A DNA stretch of 63,815 nucleotides, filler included, from Octopus bimaculoides (taxonomy: Eukaryota), in the NCBI RefSeq assembly GCF_001194135.2. It is 7 parts of 7 records of this genome, joined end to end, with 100 filler letters (N's around TTAATTAATTAA, not from the genome) between each part and the next. Parts side by side here need not be neighbours in the genome. Positions count along the whole stretch, not along the records: positions 5,163 to 25,693 come from NC_068990.1; 6 more parts are not named here. One strand, 5' to 3'. Shown one piece after another: positions 10,145 through 22,509 of the stretch. Position numbers and translations under genes: made by a program. Every line of letters begins with the position of its first letter. The first letter of the stretch is position 1. Below the pieces are notes generated by a model. That model did not search any database, was not told the DNA's origin, and saw nothing but the letters and a program-made list of their open reading frames with translations.

Positions 10145-10720
10145 GGATAAAAGATGGATGTGGTGACAAAAAAGCGACCTAAAACCTGAATCAGAGGCCT
10201 TGATATGTGCAGCACAGGAACAAGCGTTGAGAACAAACTACATTAAGCACAGAATTGACCATTCCGCTGAACTTGACACAAGCAGAATGTGTGATGAAAC
10301 TGGAAAGACAATGTGGTATACTTAATGCGAATGCAGCAAATCGGCTCAGAGAAACTACAAGAGAAGGCACGTCAATGTCACCAGAATGGTCCCTTAGAAC
10401 TATGTAACAAGTATGGATTGGAAAAGGAAAAGAAAATTATGTGAATATGAGGTAAAGGATGTGACAGATAAATGACAAAGCAAATATACTTTAGGGCTTT
10501 ATGATAAATTGTGATCACTGAGCCGACATCAGAAACCTGACATTGTGTTGGTAGACAAGGGAGAAGAATCGTGTCGGATCGTGTCAATCGCTTATCCTGG
10601 TGAAAGCAGAATCGCCGAAAAAGTAGGAAAAAAGTAACGAGATAAGAAACCCTGAAGAAAGAAATCGAAAAGCTATAGTCATTGAAAAATATATATGTTA
10701 TGTCAATAACTGTCGGTGAA
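10145..10720 (+). mobile_element. R4/Dong-like LINE C-terminal fragment, degraded
   Basis: Translates (with stops) DKRWMW*QKSDLKPESEALICAAQEQALRTNYIKHRID...NYKRRH...ELCNKYGL. Confidence 0.75.
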
Positions 10721-11398
10721 TGTTCTGACGTGGACGTGGACAAAGCGCACCGGGTTAACAATATCGTGTCTAGACATTCTGTAGGCCACTAGGTAGGGAT
10801 GGTGTAGGCTGTCCAGAATTCAAAATAATCGACTATACATAACAAATTTATAAGCCTAAATAAGTTTAACAGTCAGAAACCAAATTAGTGGTAGCTGAAC
10901 GCTTCCTGGTGCTCCAAGCGTAGAGAAATCGGATTAACGAATTAATTAAGAATGTATCAATGGAAGAAATCGTCATAAAAAATGGTGGATAACCCTGAAA
11001 AGCGCTTAAAGCGATTAGAGTAGAATCGATAAGGTTTTATAAGGAAATAGTGAGAAAAAGACACTAGACTTGAGGGAGAACTAATTAGAAACTTAGATAT
11101 GATGGTGTGATTGACCCTCGACAAATTCTTCAACCTAATCTACGAAGATTCCGCTATCTGAGCTAAGGCACGTGCTCTAAGAGAGGCGGGAACGAAAGTA
11201 GTTCGGTGGGCCAGAGTGTTAACTGCTGAACGGGGAAACAAATCCACGACACGCTCTTTGCTAGACTCAAGTGAATATATATAGGAGAGTATTGTAGTTC
11301 GCTTGAAGCATTGTGTATTGTTTGTAAAGAATAAAAGTTTAGAATGGTACAACAAGAAATGGACTATATACCTGTTGTAATTCAGTTATCCATAGTCC

Positions 11399-11434
11399 GA
11401 TGATATTTCGGAATTACAATTCCTTCTTCAGATC
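11399..11434 (-). ncRNA. Minimal type I hammerhead motif, Penelope-type
   Basis: Minus strand: GAT CTGAAGA A GGAAT TGTA ATTCC GAAA TATC^ATC; 5-bp helix II, palindromic ATAT helix III, only 3-bp helix I. Confidence 0.5.
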
Positions 11435-12255
11435 TTCTTGGCTGGAGTCTCTATATATGCTATTCGATCCCTAGCAGACCTGCGCAAATCTTCGTTGGCA
11501 CATTGCTCGACTGATGAGGGTGAGTGGGCGGTTGGATAGCAAGATTAATTTTAATAACTTCTACGATAACCACTCATGATTTTCGGCAACACATGTGAAG
11601 TATTGGTAAAAGCCGATGATAGCCACAAAAAAATATGAGAAGCAATGGCTAGCTGCAGTATGAGTAAATCGTCTTGTTTCGATGATCTGCCTAACAGACT
11701 TTACGCTTATTTGTTAGACTTGCTTGACAATTTCTAACGCGACTGGCAGCACAACGGGAGAATCCACATTTCTGTGAGTTGAGGAGAAATATCTGCCGAG
11801 AAAGGGGCACACATTGATGATCTTCAGTTACTGCTCATAGAATCAGCATATTATGTCGTGTGATATTTAGTTTGCTCAGAGATGACATATATTGCGTATG
11901 TGTAAATATGGAGTCGAAGTATCATATTTGTTTGTATTGTTAGGAGTGACAGTATGATGTGGTCCACTGATTTTGAAAAGAAAGGGTGAGGGAGTTAATA
12001 TCAAACTTGGGTTGCATCAGGGTTAATAGAATATGCGTTGCAAAGGCTCTGTCGACACACACTGTAACAATTCGACTTGGCAAGAAGCTCTTGAACCAAA
12101 AAATGGTGAACGGGTTTGTATTGTCATGGCGTTAGTGTTTGTCTGACATTGGTGATGCCTCTGTATCGAACTCATCAGTTACTCGAGTTAATTTGATTGA
12201 CTAAACCTCTTCAATATAAGATCTATTCTTGTGTCTTTATTTGAAACATTATTAA

Positions 12256-12468
12256 AGTAGCGAGCTGGCAGAATCGTTAGCATGCCAGGTGAAATACTCA
12301 GCGGTATTTCGTCCGTTTTTACGTTCTGAGTATAAATTCCGCCGAGGTTAACTTTGCCTTTCATCCTTTCGGGGTCGATGAAGTAAGTATTAATTACGCA
12401 CAGAGGTCGATGAAATCGACTATCCCCTCACCCAGATTGCACGCCTTGTGCCTATAGTAGAAAGGATT
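12256..12468 (+). mobile_element. SINE family A copy
   Basis: Complete head, core and short tail ending GTAGAAAGGATT. Confidence 0.85.
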
Positions 12469-13211
12469 AATATTTTACTTTTTGTAATTACAAACTGTTG
12501 TCAGTTGTGCATTTCGTGATATTGAGACGTTTGCGTTAGTTAGTTGGTATTCTTGACGCTGATTAGCGAGGAAGGTAATATTTAGAGGAAAGCGATATCT
12601 TTAAATACATTCCTTTATTGTCTCCCATCTAAAGGAGAAATATAACAGGAGTGTTATATTGTCGTCTGCCTGAACAAACAAGCGTGGAGTAACACATCAA
12701 CATAAAAACTTATTGACAACAAGATTAACAAATGAAGTGGGAGGAAGGGAAAAAGAGGTGATGGCAACGCAATTGCTGAAGGCAACAAAGATTTTTTTAT
12801 AGGAAAACTGGTTGAGTAGTTTGAAATATTTTTTAAAGTTTTTCTCTCACTACACATTTTGTGAAAGCAAATTCTATTTCGTGCATTCCTTAAGATCAAT
12901 ATATAGGCTTGCTTCTTTTAACGTGACTATTGTAATAAAATTTTCATAACTTGTGTGATTCGAAATGGAATTGAATAGACGTTCTTCGATGGACAGTATA
13001 TTTATACCCCTCTGATAAAACATAACGACAGTTATATTTGCATATAATTATAGGTAAGTTTTGTCAAGGTTGTAATTTGCGTACAAATATTATTTTGAGT
13101 ATTAGTTTAGAGAGCAAAAGAGGGACTTGGCATTATATAGTTGCTGCACACAATGCAATGGCTGAAAAGTAAAAGAAATGCTATGCCGTTGGCACTTCCT
13201 ATGGTTTGGCG

Positions 13212-13233
13212 TGACGTCAGAAGCCACTATAAA
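13212..13233 (+). promoter_or_regulatory. Possible CRE plus TATA pair
   Basis: Perfect TGACGTCA (13212-13219) 8 nt before TATAAA (13228-13233); motif match only. Confidence 0.25.
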
Positions 13234-13570
13234 GGGCTGTTATTTTATATGAAAAACAAGCTAGTTTCATAATGAAAATAGATCAATAATGAACTCCTTA
13301 AACTACCAATCCTCCTTAAAATCAGTACCACAGCATGACAATGCGTATCAACAGTCAGTTGCAACAACAACGATCAAAGACAAACAAATTCTGAAAATTT
13401 AAATAGTGTAGATTTTTTTTCTCATCTGCTAAGTCACATACGCTTAAATGACATTTTCGCGAACTATTTTGAAAAAACAAATTGAAGTTACGTGGGTCCA
13501 AGCTTTTCGAACGGAGTCTTCTTCAGCCAAATATACACACTTCTATTATTTTCGTTTAATTTTTATCATA

Positions 13571-13848
13571 CAAGGTGTCCCAAAAGTCACTGATGGGTTT
13601 CAATTTTTTCAAACTTGAGGATGTTATGGTGCAAGTTTTGGAAAGAGCACAGGTGGGCGAAGCTGAAAATGGCTGCCATTTAAGCGATGTCATTTTTCAT
13701 ATGTGATGTAGTGGTGTTGCATAATTTAACTCGTGCTTATTAATTTTCATTATGTCCTTTATAATGCATCGAGATTTCATGCATTTATTTGCAAAGTTAC
13801 AGAAGTTATAAAAAATTGAAACCCATCAGTAACTTTTGGGATACCCTG
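13571..13848. mobile_element. Tc1/mariner-type MITE (278 bp)
   Basis: About 38-bp TIRs (CAAGGTGTCCCAAAAGTCACTGATGGGTTTTCAATTTTT and its near reverse complement) with TA on both sides. Confidence 0.9.
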
Positions 13849-14087
13849 TATATATATTTTGCAATTTCCGTTTTCTGCCATCGTCATATGAAGTATTTCA
13901 CATTTTAATTTCAGAAAAAAAATATCAATGAGTATTAATGGTTTGATGCAAGAGATCGGCTGCGACTGTAATCCAAAAGTGATAAAAATTATCGTTGACT
14001 CTAGTTGAGATTAATCCTGTACACTACTCGGAAACTAATAAAAAGCGAAAATCATATATATATATATTATCTCTTATCTTTTTTCAG

Positions 14088-14270
14088 TTATTAGATTACG
14101 GCCATGCTGAGGTACTGCCTTGAAGAATTTATAGCTAAATGTTTCAGCCCCAGTACTTACTTTTTCTAAGCCTGGTACTTATTCTATCGCTCTCATTTAA
14201 CGAAAAGCTAATTTACGGCGACCTAAACTCACTAGCACCAGTTGTCAAGCGGTGGTGGGGGTACCAATAC
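14088..14270 (-). mobile_element. SINE family B 3' part
   Basis: CGGCCATGCTGAGGTACTGCC...GTACTTATTCTATCG...GTTGTCAAGCGGTGGTGGGG; continues into a gap. Confidence 0.7.
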
Positions 14271-14285
14271 ACACACACACACACA

Positions 14286-14324
<39 letters not shown>

Positions 14325-15520
14325 NNNNNNNNNNNNNNNNNNNNNNNNNNNNNNNNNNNNNNNNNNNNNNNNNNNNNNNNNNNNNNNNNNNNNNNNNNNN
14401 NNNNNNNNNNNNNNNNNNNNNNNNNNNNNNNNNNNNNNNNNNNNNNNNNNNNNNNNNNNNNNNNNNNNNNNNNNNNNNNNNNNNNNNNNNNNNNNNNNNN
14501 NNNNNNNNNNNNNNNNNNNNNNNNNNNNNNNNNNNNNNNNNNNNNNNNNNNNNNNNNNNNNNNNNNNNNNNNNNNNNNNNNNNNNNNNNNNNNNNNNNNN
14601 NNNNNNNNNNNNNNNNNNNNNNNNNNNNNNNNNNNNNNNNNNNNNNNNNNNNNNNNNNNNNNNNNNNNNNNNNNNNNNNNNNNNNNNNNNNNNNNNNNNN
14701 NNNNNNNNNNNNNNNNNNNNNNNNNNNNNNNNNNNNNNNNNNNNNNNNNNNNNNNNNNNNNNNNNNNNNNNNNNNNNNNNNNNNNNNNNNNNNNNNNNNN
14801 NNNNNNNNNNNNNNNNNNNNNNNNNNNNNNNNNNNNNNNNNNNNNNNNNNNNNNNNNNNNNNNNNNNNNNNNNNNNNNNNNNNNNNNNNNNNNNNNNNNN
14901 NNNNNNNNNNNNNNNNNNNNNNNNNNNNNNNNNNNNNNNNNNATATATATATATATATATACATACGTACATAATACACCCCCCCCACACACACATTATA
15001 TCAGGTAAATTTTTTATTTTTTCATTCCCTTTGAAATTGCTTAAATTTTGTGGTTTTCAGTCGTTTTGACTGTTTCTTGGCGTGTAGAAATTGCCTGTTA
15101 TAGGCAAAGTCTCTCGTGTTTAAATGTACACTATTTTATATTGAATGATATGACGTCTAGTGACTTTTTATACATGCTAGGCCACTGGTAGTGAAATTTG
15201 TAAAAATATTTGCTACTACCTTATATATATATATATATTGGCGATTCAATTCGCCTCCAATTCGGTTCACGTGATGTTGATAAGCCACGAAAATGGCAAA
15301 ACATCGATGTCTCTGAATGGGATTCGAGTGAGCTATCTCGCCTGTCTATGACTTTCATTTGTCTTAACACTCGGCGCTTTGAGAAAGTCACCTCCAACGA
15401 GGTATTTTTTCTATACTTTGCATTGTTGATCACTTTTTGAACTCTCAAATATGATATTTTGTATGTAAAAGTATGTGCATACGTGTATTCATGTGTGTGT
15501 GTGTGTTTGTGTGTGTGTGC

Positions 15521-15566
<46 letters not shown>

Positions 15567-15588
15567 NNNNNNNNNNNNNNNNNNNNNN

Positions 15589-15644
<56 letters not shown>

Positions 15645-17115
15645 TGAATGTACTCGTGTGTGTGTTTGTGTGTGTGTGTGTGAAAGTGGATCTATATGTA
15701 GGTGTAACTGAAATAAATAACTCATAGGTCGTTCCTTTTAGGCTGTTATAAATGTCCGTTCTGTATGGACCAATGGATGTCAATGAATTCCTCGGCGTCA
15801 AATGGCAGCAAATAACCCACTTTAATTTCCTCTATCTTATAGATCTATAATCGTAAATTAGATTTCCTAACCGTCTTTGTTCCAGTCTGTTTTTGGTTGT
15901 CATTTCTTTAACACTTTAGTATTATATCGGTAACTATAACCATGATTACACTTGCTTAGTAATCACCAGATTGCTTCACAGGTCTTTCTTAACTGTTTTA
16001 AATAATGCCTGATGAGCATGGAAAATTACATAATGCCATAATATTGTATTATGATTGCATTGAATCAAAATTTCCAGCGAAACAACTGTTGCAAAATCTA
16101 AAGCTATTCGTTTGTTTCTAACTGTTATTGCTTCACGTCACACAAAGCCTTGTATTATCTGTCGAATTACAGATAAACAACTGGAATTGCTAATTACAAG
16201 TTTACAGTGGCTAGTCTTCATCTCTGCTTATAAACTGCGTAATTCTGTCTACCCAATCGGTGGCGTGCTACAAATTGATATGCCTTGATTCTTTATGAAT
16301 TCTATAGAAATACATACATACGGAAGAGACATACATACATACATACATGCATACACATATAATAAGAGTAAAATGTTGCACGGAAAGACGACAAAGGAAC
16401 ACACGGAAAACACGAAAAGACACACAAATGGCGTGAACACATTCATTTCTCATCAGTTATCAATCAAAAACCTTTACAATTACGCGCCGTTATCGATGAA
16501 ATTGTGATTGTTCGTTTTGGTGGCGTCAGCTGCAAAACGCTACTTGTGTAAGTTAGCGGTTCTGTAAAGGACAGGATGCGACAAGTACATAGAAAACGAA
16601 AAAAGAAGGACATTAACAAAACATAAACAAATAATAAACGACACAAGTGTTTTATAAATATATATATATATANNNNNNNNNNNNNNNNNNNNNNNNNNNN
16701 NNNNNNNNNNNNNNNNNNNNNNNNNNNNNNNNNNNNNNNNNNNNNNNNNNNNNNNNNNNNNNNNNNNNNNNNNNNNNNNNNNNNNNNNNNNNNNNNNNNN
16801 NNNNNNNNNNNNNNNNNNNNNNNNNNNNNNNNNNNNNNNNNNNNNNNNNNNNNNNNNNNNNNNNNNNNNNNNNNNNNNNNNNNNNNNNNNNNNNNNNNNN
16901 NNNNNNNNNNNNNNNNNNNNNNNNNNNNNNNNNNNNNNNNNNNNNNNNNNNNNNNNNNNNNNNNNNNNNNNNNNNNNNNNNNNNNNNNNNNNNNNNNNNN
17001 NNNNNNNNNNNNNNNNNNNNNNNNNNNNNNNNNNNNNNNNNNNNNNNNNNNNNNNNNNNNNNNNNNNNNNNNNNNNNNNNNNNNCACACACACAAACACG
17101 CATATATATATATAT

Positions 17116-17280
17116 ATACGACGGGCTTCTTGCAGTTTCCGTCTATCAAATCTAATCACATGGCTTTGGTCGGCCCAAGGCTATAGTAGAAGACACTTGC
17201 CCAAGGTGCCACGTAATAGGACTGAACCCGGAACCATGTAGTTGGAAAGCGAGCTTCTTACCACACAGCCACGCCTGCAT
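17116..17280 (-). mobile_element. SINE family B 5' half, CpG intact
   Basis: ACGACGGGCTTCTTGCAGTTTCCGTCT...GACACTTGCCCAAGGTGCCACG...CTTACCACACAGCCAC. Confidence 0.85.
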
Positions 17281-17436
17281 ATGTATATATATATCTTTTA
17301 AATTTGTTTACGTGACACGTTTTGAATATGCAAATAAAGCTCCTATTCCATTATGCCGGCCGCAATCTAATGATGCTGACTGGTGAATCAGTTTTGGGGT
17401 GTTGCACGGAGCTGTACTGATATAATGTAGAATGAC

Positions 17437-17472
<36 letters not shown>

Positions 17473-17480
<8 letters not shown>

Positions 17481-17612
17481 CAATCCTTGAATGGAGTTTA
17501 TAAACATTTAATGAATCGCTACGCGCGTTTCTTAAGAGAGTGCAATTTGCGATAACGCGCGTAGCGATGCATTAAATGTTTTATAAATTCCATCGAAGGA
17601 TCATTGTTATTA
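17473..17612. mobile_element. Short fold-back element next to (TAA)n
   Basis: About 55-bp imperfect inverted arms (TTTATAAACATTTAATGAATCGCTACGCGCGTT and AACGCGCGTAGCGATGCATTAAATGTTTTATAAA) around a spacer of about 24 nt. Confidence 0.65.
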
Positions 17613-17960
17613 TACGAGTAACATTAATGCTCACAACGATCTTTGCGACCTATCCTACATCGATGGTTGTGGTGTATCCACGGTGCAGACGCGTCTCGTC
17701 AGGTGATGCTGTATGGGGTATCTCGGTAAATAAACTCTGTTCTGTTCGGTTTTAATTCAGCACGTTGTTTATAACAATACGTTTAAGCCGTTGGGCAGCA
17801 ATAGCGAGGGATGAATTCCGTTGCGACGTTATAAAACAAAGACAGGGACTAATTAAGAAGAATGAAACGAATGAAAAAAATAAAACATACAATAAAGTAA
17901 AACATTATGTGCGTCAGTACCCACATATAGTCACTTCCGTACCTGCACTTGCAGTCCTGT

Positions 17961-18021
<61 letters not shown>

Positions 18022-18297
18022 TGCAGAGTTAAATAGATGCCATTAAACTCTTTGATAAACGTCCCACCATTTTCGTATCACGCTGTGACCCAAGGCACTA
18101 GTGGTACCGGCTGACTTTTCATTGCTGTGTATCAAACAAGGCTTGATGCAAGCTATATCGCCGTCTATGACTCAATGCTAAATGGTTTAGAAACATCTGC
18201 TGGCATAACCCAATGTTTCATGCTACGGAAAAAATTCAAATAAGAAAAGTCACAACATTGACAAAACATCGATGTCGGTCGCTCTGAAAAGGGATCT

Positions 18298-18832
18298 GAT
18301 GCCGAGGTCTACTTTGCCTTTCATCCTTTCGGGGTCGATAAATTAAGTACCAGTTACGCACTAGGGTCGATGTAATCAACTTAATCCCTTTGTCTGTCTT
18401 TGTTTGTCCCCTCTATGTTTAGCCCCTTGTGGGTAATAAAGAAATAGGTATTTCGTCTGCTGCTACGTTCTGAGTTCAAATTCCGCCGAAGTCGATTTTG
18501 CCTTTTATCCTTTCGGGGTCGATAAATTAAGTACCAGTTACGCAATGGTGTCGATGTAATCGACTTAATCCCTTTGTCTCTACTTGTTTGTCCCCTCTAC
18601 GTTTAGCCCTTGTGGGCAATAAAGAAATAAGAAACGTTAGCACGCCGGACGAAATGCTTAGCGGTATTTCATTTGCGTTACGTTCTGAGTTCAAATTCCG
18701 CCGCCGAGGTCGACTTTGCCTTTCATCCTTTCGGAGTCGATAAATCAAGTACCAGTTGCGTACTGGAGTCGATCTAATATACTAGCCCCCCTCCCCCAAA
18801 ATTTTGGGCTTTGTGCCAAGAGTAGAAAAGAA
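18298..18832 (+). mobile_element. Tandem cluster of three family A SINE segments
   Basis: The core TTTGCCTTT(C/T)ATCCTTTCGG..TCGATAAAT recurs near 18314, 18498 and 18714, joined head to tail with both tail variants. Confidence 0.85.
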
Positions 18833-19319
18833 TGTTTATACAACGAGTATTTGATAAAATAGAGACAAAATATGACTGTGATCCCTTAAAAAATTATCAC
18901 TCGTATAAATTCGGAAGCGCAAGCAAACGAGCCAAATAAGGAGCCTTTATCAGTCGCTTGGCCTTATGGAAATAACAACCAAATCTTGCTCCAATCACAT
19001 CTTGCTGTCTTAAAAGGGTGTCCAGAGTGTACACTGAATCTCTGAAACATAACTGAGTGATCGCATGTTTAACTTCAGTAATGAAATGCCCGCCGGATTA
19101 ACGCTAACTTGGGACTAAATAGCAACAATAAAACAGTAATTTAAACTTGTATTGCGTGCAAATGACTTCGGTGCAGCTATCAGGTACTTTGAACTGCGCT
19201 AAAACTTATTAAATAGCACAAACAAATGTTTACGAACGGACTCGATTAGTGTTAGCCACCGTTTTGAGCAGAGATTAACTGAAAAGGTTGAGTTTTAAGG
19301 CAAAACTGATGTGAACTGG

Positions 19320-19600
19320 TTGAGGCTTAGATACTACCAGAAGGAAAGTAGGCGCATCAAATTTTCGTAATGAAGGCTTCTTTGCCCCAGAGATGTTCTT
19401 ATTAGATTAGATATAGCTTGGTAACTGGTGTGTTGTGGGTGCTTGGAGTAGACCAGCGAACGAAGTGAGTGGGAGGGCGATCTTCTCATGTTATACGAAA
19501 GTCGATATACTGGTATTGCTTTCCGTTTTGACGATTCTACATGGTGCAGCCTCAAGCACAGGCTATTCATGACGAGTACAACGAATACGTTTCAGAAATC
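19320..19600 (-). mobile_element. Possible CR1/L2-type LINE thumb-region relic
   Basis: Minus ORF ...SPSHSLRSL...LIRTSLGQRSLHY resembles the LRS...GxRxFSY motif; heavily decayed. Confidence 0.35.
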
Positions 19601-19787
19601 GTTGGCCTGATATCACAGCTAGCTTACAAAGCAGAAGGAGCGGGATGTTCAAGATAAAAGAGCTAACTGTCCTACCTCAGTGGTCACCGTTGTGGGTCTT
19701 CATCGCTCAGGAGCCTTCATTTGGCTGCAAAGCTGGGTGGATCTTAATGCCTCACGATTTTAATAAAGCCACCCTCCTCCCCTTTTC

Positions 19788-19845
<58 letters not shown>

Positions 19846-20279
19846 ATCTATCTATCTATCTTCAACCTTTCCATTTTTCTTCTTTCTTTCTATCTTTTTC
19901 TTTTCTCTGCTTGCCTGCTTATTGTCTGTCTCTCTGTCTATCTGTCTTACTTCTATCTTCCCATCTTTCTTTCTCTTTCTTTCTCTCTCTCTCTCTCTCC
20001 CTCTCTCTCCCTCTCTTCCTCTCTCTTTCTCCCTTTCCACTTGTAAATTCCTGCAGCGTTTCACTTCCATCCCTCGCAATTCAATAAAACTAATCCCAGC
20101 CTTATAACAAGGCATTTTATTATCACCTATAATTCATCTACAAATTTCTGACGATTTAATAATTAATATAATTTAACTCCGAACATAAGCTCAAATCGCG
20201 CCGCAATCAACTTTGTTTCCCCGCTATCAGTGGTCATTACATAATGTATCACTACCATACTGTGTCATAATTAACTTGT

Positions 20280-20606
20280 CTATTCTACAAATATCCAACT
20301 GTTTCTCCATGTTACAAGTTGTTGCTTTCATTCAGCTATTGCTAACGATAGACGTCTATTCTACAAATATCCAACTGTTTCTCAATGTTACAAGTTGTTG
20401 CTTTCATTCAGCTATTGCTAACGATAGACGTCTATTCNNNNNNNNNNAGACGTCTATTCTACAAATATCCAACTGTTTCTCCATGTTACAAGTTGTTGCT
20501 TTCATTCAGCTATTGCTAACGATAGACGTCTATTCTACAAATATCCAACTGTTTCTCCATGTTACAAGTTGTTGCTTTCATTCAGCTATTGCTAACGATA
20601 GACGTC
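20280..20606. repeat. 76-bp minisatellite, about 4 near-identical units
   Basis: Unit starts TATTCTACAAATATCC at 20281, 20357, 20455 and 20531; a 10-N gap lies in the middle. Confidence 0.85.
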
Positions 20607-20867
20607 TGTTATTACTTCACTTACAATTGTTATTATTACTTTTATTGTTACTCTCGCTGCTGTTATTTCTCTTGTTTACAGTTCATGAAACTCTAGGTTT
20701 TATAGTCGATATCACTGTTGTTGTGGTGTCTTCACACAACACTCTCCATTCCGTTATTAGGACTTTCCGAGTTGCTGATGCACTCAAAAAAGCTTCTGGG
20801 ATATTACTGCTAATGCAGCTTTTTGCACCCTCTCCTCCCGCTCCTCCACCTCTCCATGCTGCGGCTG

Positions 20868-20868
20868 T

Positions 20869-20939
<71 letters not shown>

Positions 20940-21065
20940 TTGCTGCTGCTACTACTACTACTGCTACTTCTTCTTTTTCTTCTTCTTCTTCTTCTTCTTC
21001 TTCTTCTTCTTCTTCTTCTTCTTCTTCTCCTTCTGCTGCTACTACTACTACTACTACAACTACTG

Positions 21066-21098
<33 letters not shown>

Positions 21099-21134
21099 CT
21101 TCTTCTTCTTCTTCTTCTTCTTCTTCTCCTTCTG

Positions 21135-21204
<70 letters not shown>

Positions 21205-21660
21205 TACTACTACTACTACTACTACTGCTTGTTCATTGTTGTTGGTTTGGTATATTTCGCATCCAATGGTTTGCAATATTTTCGGAAGACACAAACAACT
21301 CCATCACTACATATGCTATTGTTACCGCATCTTGTGGTGACTACTTCCAATACAAATGCAGTAACCACTGCTGCTGATGCTGCTGTTCCTGTTGTTATTG
21401 CTGCTGCAGCTACTTGTGCTGCTACTGCTACTGCTGCTGTTGATTCTGTTAGAAGCAACAACAACAACAACAACAACCTGCTCAAGCAACCGGCGATAGA
21501 ATTTCGTTATCATTTTAAGTTCTACTACTTCTACTACTGCTCTTACTGCTTTTACTACTACTACTACCATCGCCACAACCACCGCCGCCACCACCACCAC
21601 TACCGCCGCTGCCACCATACTACTGCTACTACTACTACTACTACTACTACTACCAACGCT
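20868..21660. repeat. Compound trinucleotide array (CTA, CTT, CTG, CAA, CCA)
   Basis: Alternating in-phase (CTA)n and (CTT)n blocks with a repeated CTCCTTCTGCT linker. Confidence 0.9.
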
Positions 21661-22187
21661 GCCACCCCCACTATGAATATCTGCCCCAACTGCATAAGTT
21701 AGGAAGATAAAAAGGAAGTGAGTGAAACAGCAAAGTAATAAAAAAAAACACACACACACATGTACACATTTGCTCCATGAGTGACACATGAGCACAAAAA
21801 CACACACGCATACCACACACACACACACACACACATAAACAAACAATCACACACACGTAGTCACAGGCGCACGTACGCGCACATGCATGCTTCATACGCT
21901 CGCACGCGCGCACACACAGACATGCAGATGGAATTTGAAGTTGTTCCAAACATTTCCGTGTCGAGGAGGAGCCAATAGACAGCCTCACGTGGCTACGTTT
22001 CTGTTTTTATAACAAACCAACAAGCGAGAACGAATTGTGATCGTAAGAAAGGAAAAAAAGTGTAGGAACCACTCAGGAGCAATTCTGCAACATATTTGGG
22101 GCAGAAAGCAAAACAAACAAAACAAACAAGCACAAACAAACAGATACTTTGAAACAATTGCTACTGTCATTATTATTATCATCATCA

Positions 22188-22222
<35 letters not shown>

Positions 22223-22453
22223 NNNNNNNNNNNNNNNNNNNNNNNNNNNNNNNNNNNNNNNNNNNNNNNNNNNNNNNNNNNNNNNNNNNNNNNNNNNNNN
22301 NNNNNNNNNNNNNNNNNNNNNNNNNNNNNNNNNNNNNNNNNNNNNNNNNNNNNNNNNNNNNNNNNNNNNNNNNNNNNNNNNNNNNNNNNNNNNNNNNNNN
22401 NNNNNNNNNNNNNNNNNNNNNNNNNNNNNNNNNNNNNNNNNNNNNNNNNNNNN

Positions 22454-22509
<56 letters not shown>

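Noticed and set aside
11511-11530. CTGATGAG core on the + strand (also 16009, 26228, 42193, 57418)
   Set aside because: No helix II plus GAAA plus NUH arrangement follows; the heptamer is expected by chance.
13495-13530. Minus-strand hammerhead CTGAAGAAGACTCCGTTCGAAAAGCTTG
   Set aside because: Helix II is only 2 bp, the cleavage position would be G, and there is no helix I; at best a dead remnant.
14139-15069. Long ORFs in the supplied track here and at 16.5, 22, 47, 51, 59.7 and 61 kb
   Set aside because: They read through N runs and dinucleotide repeats and carry no coding information.
20280-20606. CRISPR-like array
   Set aside because: Contiguous identical units with no unique spacers, in eukaryotic DNA.
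20683-21294. Poly-Val/poly-Glu protein on the minus strand
   Set aside because: Reverse reading of triplet microsatellites.
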